NCBI GenBank assembly: GCA_040755995.1
Contig: JBFMAF010000045.1
Coordinates: 20,412-84,411, forward strand
From: Acidobacteriota bacterium
GTDB taxonomy: Bacteria; Acidobacteriota; CAIWXX01
Length of the DNA stretch: 64,000 nt
Direction of reading: 5' to 3'
Position numbers and translations under genes: made by a program. The notes below the pieces were generated by a model that saw nothing but the letters and a program-made list of their open reading frames with translations, searched no databases and had not been told where the DNA came from. Of this stretch, positions 10,568 to 18,615 are shown piece after piece (the first letter of the stretch is position 1; each line of letters starts with the position of its first letter).

Positions 10568-10641
10568 TGGGAAGTCGTCCAACGGCAGGACACATGGCTC
10601 TGGACCATGGTATCGGGGTTCGAATCCCTGCTTCCCAGCCA
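10568..10641 (+). tRNA. tRNA-Gln (anticodon CTG)
   Basis: Acceptor TGGGAAG/CTTCCCA plus GCCA; anticodon arm CATGG-CTCTGGA-CCATG; T-loop GGTTCGAATCC. Confidence 0.97.
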
Positions 10642-10985
10642 AACACCCGCAGTCGAGGTGAGTTTCGCACGTCTGGATATGACGCAGGGGTCTCGCGAAG
10701 AGTCAGACAACCGGTCCCGCGTGAGCAGCGCGCCTGCACTCACGCAGGTTGTGTACACTTGGACGAAGGGAGGTCGTTCTTCGCACAGTGCTCCACAACC
10801 CCGCGCCAGTTCCAGGCGATATTGACATGACTAACACACGCTCCGCTCCACTGGTTGCATCTCGTAGTGGCAGACATGGACGTGAACAATGTCACTTGCT
10901 GCGGTCAATTGGTCACGGCTGGAACCGCCGCGAATGCAAGGGCTTTGTCGCGGGATTGCAGATCCATTCACGACCTTTGACGCTA

Positions 10986-11013
10986 TTGACTTTGTGCGCA
11001 TGTATTCTATAAT
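10986..11013 (+). promoter_or_regulatory. Sigma70-type promoter upstream of the kinase gene
   Basis: TTGACT-16 bp-TATAAT. Confidence 0.7.
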
Positions 11014-11047
11014 GTCGGACGTTGGAACAGTGAATCCCGGTTAAGCA

Positions 11048-14000
11048 ATGCTAGACAAGACAATTCTCCTCGTCGATTACGAGCCCAAGGGCCTTGCCTC
11101 GGTAAAGAGCTATCTCGAGGGGCTTGGCTTCGCCGTGGAAACCGCGACCGATGGCTCTATCGCGCTCACGAAGTTTTTCGAGAAGCGCCCGGACATGGTC
11201 GTGCTGAGTCCCATGTTGCCAAAAATCCACGGGTTCGATGTCTGCCGGCAAATCACGCAGAGCCCCGAAGGCAAGGACGTGCCGGTCATAATCGTAACGG
11301 CCGTGTACAAGGGCAGCAAGTATCGGAACGAGGCCATACATTCGTGCGGAGCGCGCGCCTATTTCGAGAAGCCATATGCAGAGGACGAGCTGACCGACAG
11401 CATCTTCAAGCTTCTCCATCTCAAGCGCGAGAAGCCGGCGGCGAAGCCGGCGGCCGCGCCCCGCGAGAAATCGATCGAAGACATGCTCCCGGATCTCAAG
11501 GCCGATAGGACCATTCCATTCATCAAGAAGTCGGATGTCCTGGCCACGCTCCATCTTGAAAAGCAGAAGATCGCGGCCAAGCCGCCTGAACCGCCCAAGG
11601 CGCCCGAGCCCAAGCCCGCCGAAGAGAAGTTCGTCACCTCGGAGGACATTTTCGGAGAAGTGATTGAGAGCTTCGAGGCGCCGAGGAAGGGGCCACCGGC
11701 CCCGCCCGTACAGGCTCCGAAAGAAGAAATCGTGACTCCGCCGCCGGTACCCAAGCCGGTGCCGATAGCTGCGCCGCCTCCGCCACCGCCGCCAAAGGTC
11801 GAGCCGCCCCCGCCGCCCCCGAAGCCGCCTGCTCCGCCAAAACCTCAATTGGAAGTCAAGCCGGAGCCGAAGGCTCCGCCGGTAGTGCCGGTCCCTGAGC
11901 CGACAGTTCGCATCCCCACTGCTCCCAAGCCTGATATCGGCGCGACGGTCCGGGTCGAAGCTGCTGATGAAATGGCGAAGCTGGACCTGAGCATGAAGAA
12001 GCCCGCGGCTCCAGCGCCGCCAAAGGCGGCTCCGCGCGACGAAATGGAGAAGAAGTTGGAGGAGACGCTCTCGGGGCTGAGCCTCGGGGCGAAGCCTCGC
12101 GCGCCGCGCCCCGCCCCGGCTCCGCCCAAGGTCGAGCTGCCCAAGATCGAGGTGCCGCGGCCGGCGCCAGTTGTGGCGGCCCCGCCGCCTCCTGCAGTTG
12201 AAGCACCAAAGGTGGAGCCGGTCAAGATCGAGCCGCCTCCTTCGCCACCGCCTCCACCACCTCCGGTAGTCGAGGTGCCGAAGATCGGGGTGCAGAAGGT
12301 TGAGATTCCACGGCCTGCGCCGCCTCCACCGGTGGTCGAGCCGCCGAAGGTTGAGGTGGTTCGCCCGGCGCCGCCGCCGGCAGTCGAGCCTCCCAGGTTC
12401 GAGCCGCCGCGCCCGACCGCTGCGGCCGCGCCTGTTCTCGATGCCGCACCGAAGGTCGAAGTGCCGCGTCCTCAGCCGGTGGTTGCGGCGCCCCCGCCGC
12501 CTCCGCCTGTGGCTGAGCCCCCGAAAGTTGTTGAGCCGCCGCGGCCCGAGCCTAGGTTCGAGCCTCCTCCAAGACGCGAGGACAGGCCGCGTGCTGTGCC
12601 GGGCAAGTTTGGAGACTACGTACTGCTGGAGAGAATTGCCACTGGGGGCATGGCGGAGCTGTATCGGGCGAAGCGAAGCGGGCCCGAAGGTTTTGAGAAG
12701 ATCCTGGCCATCAAGCGGATCCTGCCGCACCTCTCGGACAACGAAGAGTTCGTGACGATGTTCATCGACGAAGCCAAAGTGGCGGCGCAGCTCAACCACC
12801 CGAACATCTGCCACATTTACGACCTGGGCCGGCTGGAGGACTCGTACTTCATCGCGATGGAGTTTGTTCTGGGCCGGGACTTGCGGGCGATCATCAAAGA
12901 GGCCGACAAGCGGGGCAAGAGTGTTCCGTACGACCTCGCGGCATACGTGGGGGTCAAGGTGTGCGGCGCGCTCGAGTATGCTCACCGCAAGCTCGATTAC
13001 CACCAGAATCCGCTGAACATCGTACACCGCGACGTGAGCCCGCAGAACGTGCTGCTCTCGTATGAGGGCGAGGTGAAGTTGGTGGATTTCGGCGTGGCAA
13101 AGGCCGCTTCGAAAGCACACCACACGACGCACGGAGCCTTGAAGGGCAAGATCCTTTACATGTCTCCCGAGCAGGCCTGGGGCAAGACCATCGATCACCG
13201 CAGCGACATATTCTCGCTCGGGTCGGTGCTCTTCGAGATGGCCACGGGCAAGAAGCTGTTCCTCGGCGATAGCGAGATCTCGACACTCGAAGCGGTTCGT
13301 CACGGCAAGGTGATTGCGCCTTCGAGCATTCGGAAGGATCTGCCGAAGCCCTTCGAAGAGATCATCATGAAGGCGCTCAAGCAGAAGGCCGAGGATCGCT
13401 ACCAGAGTGCTGGGGAGATGCAGAAGGCACTCGAAGGGTTCCTCGAGCATGCCGGCCTGCGTCCCGGGCCCCAGGATCTCTCGGAATTCATGTGGGCGCT
13501 TTTCGCTGACGAGATGAAGGCAGCCGGCCTCCAGATCGAGCCGCGCAAGGTGGCTGCGCCCGCGCCGCCGCCACCGCGTGCTCCCGAGCTGACGATCAAG
13601 GTCGAGAAGCCATCGGTGAAGGTACCTCCACCGAAGGTGATCGGGCCCGCCGAGAAACCCGCCGCTCCTCCGACTCCTGCGCCCCCTCCGCGCGTCGAAG
13701 CGCCGCCGAGGGAACCGGTTGTAGCGAAGCATGCGGAGCCCGAAGTCGATTTCAAGCCCATCCTAGACACTGGCCTGCACACGGGTTACCAGAGGGTGAA
13801 GAAGCGCCGGATGGGGATCATCGCTGTCATCGTGGCGGTGGTTGCGGTGGTCGGAGCGGTGGCCGTCTACCTGAGCACGCGTCCTGAGAAACCTGTTGCG
13901 GTGGTGCCCACGCCGGCTCCACAGCCGCCTCCCGTGGCCGCACCAACTCCACAACCGCCTCCCCAGCAGGCGCCGGTCGAGACTCCGAAGCTGACACCGG

Positions 14001-14593
14001 AAGAGGAGGCCGCGCAGAAGGCGAAGCTCGAAGAAGAGCGTAAGAAACGGGAGGAGGATCGGCTGAAGGCGCAGGCGGCCGATTTGGAGAAGAAGAAGGC
14101 GGAGGAGGAGGCCGCGAAGCAAGCCGACGCGGCGGCGAAGGCCGCTGCGGATGAGCAGGCGAGGCTGGAAGAGGAGGCGCGCAAGAAGGCTGCGGACGAA
14201 GAGGCGGCCAGAAAGGCGGCTGAAGATGCCGAGAGGGCGCGCCAGGAACAGCTCGCCAGGCAGGCCGCCGCAAAGGCCGAGGTGAAGGAGGGGGACATAA
14301 TCCCCATCAACCAGGTAGACACCAAGCCCGTGCCCGTTTCTCGACCCATGCCGGTTTATCCCGAAATGGCGAAGAGATCGAACGTCCAGGGCACGGTGAA
14401 GCTCAGCATCCTGATCTCCGAAACAGGCAGTGTGGCAGAAATGAGGGTGCTCTCCCCCACGGGCGGGAAGATGGATATCCTGAATGAGGCCGCCAAGTCC
14501 GCGGTGACGCGATGGAAGTACCAGCCCGCCACAAAGAACGGCAAGAGAGTCAAAGTCTGGACGAACGTCGACATTCCGTTTGTGCCTCGATAG
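11048..14593 (+). CDS. Atypical receiver / Pro-rich linker / Ser-Thr protein kinase / TM / charged helix / TonB C-terminal domain fusion
   Basis: REC-like N-terminus; kinase motifs IATGGMAELY, AIKRI, HRDVSPQN, DFG, YMSPEQ; TM IIAVIVAVVAVVGAVAVYL; TonB_C-like PVYPEMAKRSNVQGTVKLSILISETGSV...WKYQPATKNG. Confidence 0.9.
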   Translation: MLDKTILLVDYEPKGLASVKSYLEGLGFAVETATDGSIALTKFFEKRPDMVVLSPMLPKIHGFDVCRQITQSPEGKDVPVIIVTAVYKGSKYRNEAIHSCGARAYFEKPYAEDELTDSIFKLLHLKREKPAAKPAAAPREKSIEDMLPDLKADRTIPFIKKSDVLATLHLEKQKIAAKPPEPPKAPEPKPAEEKFVTSEDIFGEVIESFEAPRKGPPAPPVQAPKEEIVTPPPVPKPVPIAAPPPPPPPKVEPPPPPPKPPAPPKPQLEVKPEPKAPPVVPVPEPTVRIPTAPKPDIGATVRVEAADEMAKLDLSMKKPAAPAPPKAAPRDEMEKKLEETLSGLSLGAKPRAPRPAPAPPKVELPKIEVPRPAPVVAAPPPPAVEAPKVEPVKIEPPPSPPPPPPPVVEVPKIGVQKVEIPRPAPPPPVVEPPKVEVVRPAPPPAVEPPRFEPPRPTAAAAPVLDAAPKVEVPRPQPVVAAPPPPPPVAEPPKVVEPPRPEPRFEPPPRREDRPRAVPGKFGDYVLLERIATGGMAELYRAKRSGPEGFEKILAIKRILPHLSDNEEFVTMFIDEAKVAAQLNHPNICHIYDLGRLEDSYFIAMEFVLGRDLRAIIKEADKRGKSVPYDLAAYVGVKVCGALEYAHRKLDYHQNPLNIVHRDVSPQNVLLSYEGEVKLVDFGVAKAASKAHHTTHGALKGKILYMSPEQAWGKTIDHRSDIFSLGSVLFEMATGKKLFLGDSEISTLEAVRHGKVIAPSSIRKDLPKPFEEIIMKALKQKAEDRYQSAGEMQKALEGFLEHAGLRPGPQDLSEFMWALFADEMKAAGLQIEPRKVAAPAPPPPRAPELTIKVEKPSVKVPPPKVIGPAEKPAAPPTPAPPPRVEAPPREPVVAKHAEPEVDFKPILDTGLHTGYQRVKKRRMGIIAVIVAVVAVVGAVAVYLSTRPEKPVAVVPTPAPQPPPVAAPTPQPPPQQAPVETPKLTPEEEAAQKAKLEEERKKREEDRLKAQAADLEKKKAEEEAAKQADAAAKAAADEQARLEEEARKKAADEEAARKAAEDAERARQEQLARQAAAKAEVKEGDIIPINQVDTKPVPVSRPMPVYPEMAKRSNVQGTVKLSILISETGSVAEMRVLSPTGGKMDILNEAAKSAVTRWKYQPATKNGKRVKVWTNVDIPFVPR

Positions 14594-14627
14594 ACATACC
14601 ATTTTACAAGGAAGGGGATGTGATCTG

Positions 14628-14870
14628 ATGCCGCTTTCAAAGGACCAGCAAGCCTTTTACCAGAAGACGATGGAGTGGACCCGCAAGGAGATCGCCGACA
14701 TCGACACCCAGATCGAGGAAGAGCTCGCTCGCGTGAAGGAGCGGCTGGCGGAGCTCCAGAATGCCAAGAAGGCAGCCAGGCAGATTTACGACGGCGCGAC
14801 CGCCCGCCTGGGAGTCGAGAATGAGCTCGAGAAGGCCGAGCAGGCGCAAGAGAGCGGAGGCGGCAGCTAG
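14628..14870 (+). CDS. Small helical (coiled-coil-like) hypothetical protein
   Basis: RBS AAGGAAGGGG; 80 aa, E/K/A-rich; 34 bp after the kinase stop. Confidence 0.75.
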   Translation: MPLSKDQQAFYQKTMEWTRKEIADIDTQIEEELARVKERLAELQNAKKAARQIYDGATARLGVENELEKAEQAQESGGGS

Positions 14871-15019
14871 TCTAGGACCGTTCAGCAGTCCCCGCTCAGA
14901 CTGCCACAGTCCCGTCATTTCACAGCGCGCCTTTCATCCTGACCAGGACGCCCGTGGCCGCAGACGGCGTTCGGCCGCTGCACGGCGTTCCAAGGAGGCA
15001 AGTAGCGAACATAGATACT

Positions 15020-15178
15020 TGAGTTGAGTCCACGCCCGGTGTGAGGGAAGTCCGTCGACGCGGACGCTGCCCCGCAACTGTATGCGGCGATGAAAGCCGG
15101 CGCGAGGCCACTGCTCGCCAGGAGGCGAGTGGGAAGGCCCGGCGAGTAAGATGACCCGCGAGCCAGGAGACCTGCCGG
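15020..15178 (+). ncRNA. Cobalamin riboswitch 1 (approximate bounds)
   Basis: GGGAA...GCTGCCCCGCAACTGT, GCCACTG, TGGGAAGGC, B12 box GAGCCAGGAGACCTGCC; upstream of btuF. Confidence 0.9.
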
Positions 15179-15214
15179 GATACTGGAAGAAGAACCTCGA
15201 GGGAGGAGACAAGA

Positions 15215-15243
15215 GACCCAACCGCGAGGTTGGGTTTTTTTTT
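15215..15243 (+). terminator. Intrinsic terminator (probable riboswitch expression platform)
   Basis: GACCCAACC-GCGA-GGTTGGGTT followed by a T run. Confidence 0.85.
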
Positions 15244-15432
15244 CGAAGAAATATGGTGATCGGTCACAAGCAAGGGCCGGTGCTGGCGGCCCAGATTCGA
15301 CTCCGGACTCGGCGATTCGAGCCCCGAGTTGGGACAGGCGCGGGTGCCGTTCTGCTATGGTGGCTTAGCTTCACGGTTCCGCGTATGGGTTTCGGACCCG
15401 GCCGATCACGCAAGTCGTTCCTCGAGGGAGGC

Positions 15433-16353
15433 ATGAATCCGGTGCGCCGTTTCAGTCGCTTCGCGGCTTTCATCCTGCTCTTCATACTTGCATCGTGCTC
15501 GAAACCTGAAGCACCGACCGTTGGATCCAGCGTCAGAGATCAGCTCGGCCGGACCGTTCCGCTCAAAGGAGCTCCCAACAGAATAGTATCGCTCGCGCCC
15601 AGCAACACCGAGATCCTTTGCGCCCTGGGCCTCAGCGATTCCATCGCCGCGGTCACCACATTCGACAACTATCCTCCTGAAGCCTTGCTGAAACCGAAAG
15701 TTGGAGGATTCTCGGACCCGAGCGTGGAACAGATCATCTCGTTTTCACCCGACCTGGTTCTGGCGGCGCCGATCCATGAAACTCACCTCATTCCGCAGCT
15801 CGAAGCCAAGGCAATCACGGTCCTCGCGCTCGCACCCAGGACTCTGGAAGATGTTCTACATGCGATATCGCTGGTAGGCCAGGTCACAGGAAGATCGGAG
15901 CGAGCCCATGAAATCGTCGCTGGCATGGAGAAGCGGATCAGGGCAATCACCGAAAAGACAGACAAGATTTCGCCGGACAAGAAACCGAAGGTCGTTTATC
16001 TCGTATGGCACGAACCGCTGATGGTATCAGGGAGCGGTACGTTTCATGATGAGCTGATCAGAAAGGCCGGAGGCACGAACATAGCGGCGAATGTCCGCGA
16101 GTACGCATTCATCAGCCTCGAAACCGTCGTCAGGGAGAATCCCGACATCATCATGGCTGGAGTGAAGATGGGCGAGGGCCGGGACGCCCCGCTGAAATTT
16201 GCCCGGACCGACCTCCGGCTGAGAGACGTTTCTGCTGTCCGGAAAAACCAGGTCTTTGGAATCGACAGCGACATATCGAGCCGCGCGGGCCCAAGAATCG
16301 TGGATGCCCTCGAGCAGTTTGCGGGGCTCATACATCCGGAGTCATTCAAATAG
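15433..16353 (+). CDS. btuF: Cobalamin ABC transporter substrate-binding lipoprotein
   Basis: Lipobox LASC; RIVSLAPSNTEILCALG, SRAGPRIVDALE; behind a cobalamin riboswitch; RBS GGGAGG. Confidence 0.85.
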   Translation: MNPVRRFSRFAAFILLFILASCSKPEAPTVGSSVRDQLGRTVPLKGAPNRIVSLAPSNTEILCALGLSDSIAAVTTFDNYPPEALLKPKVGGFSDPSVEQIISFSPDLVLAAPIHETHLIPQLEAKAITVLALAPRTLEDVLHAISLVGQVTGRSERAHEIVAGMEKRIRAITEKTDKISPDKKPKVVYLVWHEPLMVSGSGTFHDELIRKAGGTNIAANVREYAFISLETVVRENPDIIMAGVKMGEGRDAPLKFARTDLRLRDVSAVRKNQVFGIDSDISSRAGPRIVDALEQFAGLIHPESFK

Positions 16354-16358
16354 CCATC

Positions 16359-17453
16359 ATGAACAGGAATGCGCGACACGCCTCGCATGCGGCTGGCGGT
16401 GTGTCTGGGGCGGAGCGAGCGATACCCTGGGGGAACAGGCGATGTTCGATAGTTTGTCTTGCATTCGGACTGTTGTTCATCGTCCTCCTGGCACTGGTGG
16501 TCGGCAGTGTCCCGATTCCGCTCGCCACCACGATCAAGATACTTTTCTCCAAGCTGCCGTTTGTGCGTGTCGAGCCCGCGTGGCGGGCTGGTACTGACAT
16601 AATCATCACGGAGATTAGGATGCCGAGGATCATGATGGCAGGGCTCGTGGGCGCGGCGCTGGCCGTTGCGGGTGCGGCATATCAGGGCCTGTTCCGGAAT
16701 CCGCTTGCAGACCCCTACCTCATCGGTGTGGCTCAGGGATCGTCGCTCGGAGCCGTGGTCGGCTTCATGCTGCCTGTCACGGGGAGGGCGCTGGGAACTG
16801 GCATCATCCCGCTCTTTGCGTTCGCCGGAGCGCTTGCCGCCACCGCCGTCGTCTACCTTCTGGCAAGGCAGGGAAAGACGCTTCCTGTGACAACGTTGAT
16901 TCTGGCTGGCGTCGCCCTGGGATCGCTGCTGACATCAATCATGTCCTACCTCATCATCTCCTCCGGCGACAAGATGCACAGCATCGTGTTCTGGCTCATG
17001 GGCAGCTTCTCGCTCACCCAGTGGTCAGACGTACGGATGATATTCGGATATATTGTGATCGGGACCGTCGTCATTCTGATCTTCGCTCGCCCGCTGAACG
17101 TGATGCAGCTCGATGACGAGCAGGCGCAGCAGCTGGGGGTCAACGTGGAGAAGATGAAGCTGATACTCCTCGGCGCCGCCACGCTGATCACCGCCTCGGC
17201 CGTCTCGTTCGTCGGTGCCATTGGATTCGTGGGAATCATCATTCCACACGCCGTGCGGCTGATCTGGGGAGCCGACTATCGTTTCCTGCTGCCGTTGTCG
17301 GTGCTTTCGGGCGCGATATTCCTCATCCTCACAGATCTCATTGCCCGCACCGCGCTGTCGCCGGCCGAGATACCCGTGGGCGTAGTGACGGCGCTTTTCG
17401 GCGCTCCGTTTTTTCTCTACATCCTTAGAAAAAAGAGGAGGGTCATCTTCTGA
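16359..17453 (+). CDS. btuC: Cobalamin ABC transporter permease (FecCD/BtuC)
   Basis: IRMPR, YQGLFRNPLADPYLIGV, GAIGFVGIIIPH, EIPVGVVTALFGAPFF. Confidence 0.88.
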   Translation: MNRNARHASHAAGGVSGAERAIPWGNRRCSIVCLAFGLLFIVLLALVVGSVPIPLATTIKILFSKLPFVRVEPAWRAGTDIIITEIRMPRIMMAGLVGAALAVAGAAYQGLFRNPLADPYLIGVAQGSSLGAVVGFMLPVTGRALGTGIIPLFAFAGALAATAVVYLLARQGKTLPVTTLILAGVALGSLLTSIMSYLIISSGDKMHSIVFWLMGSFSLTQWSDVRMIFGYIVIGTVVILIFARPLNVMQLDDEQAQQLGVNVEKMKLILLGAATLITASAVSFVGAIGFVGIIIPHAVRLIWGADYRFLLPLSVLSGAIFLILTDLIARTALSPAEIPVGVVTALFGAPFFLYILRKKRRVIF

Positions 17454-18286
17454 TGGCTGTAGATATCGAGCTGCAGGGCGTGTCGCTCGGATACCGCGGC
17501 CGCCTCGTCCTCACCGGCGTCGATTTCACCGTGGGCGCAGGCGAACTGGTAGGCCTTATCGGGCCCAACGGATCGGGCAAATCGACGATCATCCGCGCCC
17601 TTACGCGGATAATCGCGCCGCTCAAAGGCAGAGTACTGATCGCCGGCCGCGACGTCTTGGAGATCCCGCGGCAGGAGCTCGCCCGGCTGATCGGAGTGGT
17701 CCCTCAAATGCCGTTGCTCCCCAGCGCGTTCACAGGGCTTGAGATCGTGCTGATGGGACGAAATCCGCACCTTGGTCTTTTCGAACATGAAGGGTGCGGC
17801 GACGTCGAGATCGTCTGGAAAGCCATGGATTTGACGGGCACGCATGAGCTTGCCAGGAGGAGCGTGGGTGAGCTGTCGGGCGGGCAGATACAGTCGCTTC
17901 TGATCGCACGCGCGTTGGCGCAGGAGACCCACGTAATATTGCTGGACGAGCCCACGGCAAACCTCGACATCGGGCGCCAGATCGAGATTCTGAACCTGAT
18001 CAAGAGACTGTGTCGCGAAAAGAACCTGGCGGTGCTCGCTGCAGTTCACGACCTCAATCTGGCGTCGCAATATTGCGATAGGCTGGTTCTCATCGGTGAC
18101 GGTGTGGTGTGTCGGGAGGGCACGCCGTCGGAGGTCCTCACGGCTGAAAACATCGGCACGGTCTATGGCGCGCACAACTGTGTTTACACACACCCAAGAA
18201 ACGGGCTCCCCGTGGTGCTCGCAACAGGCAACGGCCACACTGCAGCGGACACTGCATACAGACCCGGCGAACGGATGGATTCATGA
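17453..18286 (+). CDS. btuD: Cobalamin ABC transporter ATP-binding protein
   Basis: GPNGSGKST, LSGGQ, LLDEPT, HDLN. Confidence 0.85.
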   Translation: MAVDIELQGVSLGYRGRLVLTGVDFTVGAGELVGLIGPNGSGKSTIIRALTRIIAPLKGRVLIAGRDVLEIPRQELARLIGVVPQMPLLPSAFTGLEIVLMGRNPHLGLFEHEGCGDVEIVWKAMDLTGTHELARRSVGELSGGQIQSLLIARALAQETHVILLDEPTANLDIGRQIEILNLIKRLCREKNLAVLAAVHDLNLASQYCDRLVLIGDGVVCREGTPSEVLTAENIGTVYGAHNCVYTHPRNGLPVVLATGNGHTAADTAYRPGERMDS

Positions 18287-18399
18287 CGGCCGGAATTGAG
18301 AGCAGTCATCTGCTACGACATGTCCAAGTGGCAGAGCAGCTGACGCCGAAGAAGACATCGAGCGCATCTATTGCGCGCATACAAGGAGGTGCATGGGAG

Positions 18400-18567
18400 G
18401 GAATCAGGGATTCTGTTGTCAGAGGTGGTGTTCCGGAACATCGGAAGGAAGTAGAAGCTTCCGCCGCCCCGCGACTGTGATCGGGACGAAAGCCGCAATA
18501 TGGCCACTGTCCGGAAGGATGGGAAGGCGCGGCGAGTAGGATGAACGAGAGCCAGGAGACCTGTTGC
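18400..18567 (+). ncRNA. Cobalamin riboswitch 2 (approximate bounds)
   Basis: GCCGCCCCGCGACTGTGA, GCCACTGTCC...GATGGGAAGGC, GAGCCAGGAGACCTG; upstream of btuB. Confidence 0.88.
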
Positions 18568-18615
18568 CGGTGCACACGACAGATCATTCATTGCGGTCTT
18601 CGAGGGAAGAAAACC

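Noticed and set aside
10568..10641. tRNA as an island attachment site
   Set aside because: No integrase and no convincing duplicate of the tRNA 3' end seen in the window
11550..12590. Repetitive CCG-rich DNA as a possible repeat array or CRISPR
   Set aside because: Encodes the Pro-rich PPPxVExPKVE linker; no constant repeat-spacer structure and no cas genes in the window
11051..13732. 893-aa antisense ORF (also others such as 4194-5618, 6086-7945, 39031-41103, 50284-51825)
   Set aside because: Shadow ORFs opposite well-supported genes in high-GC DNA; no recognisable motifs
18283..18480. 65-aa ORF between btuD and btuB
   Set aside because: Overlaps riboswitch 2; no coding evidence
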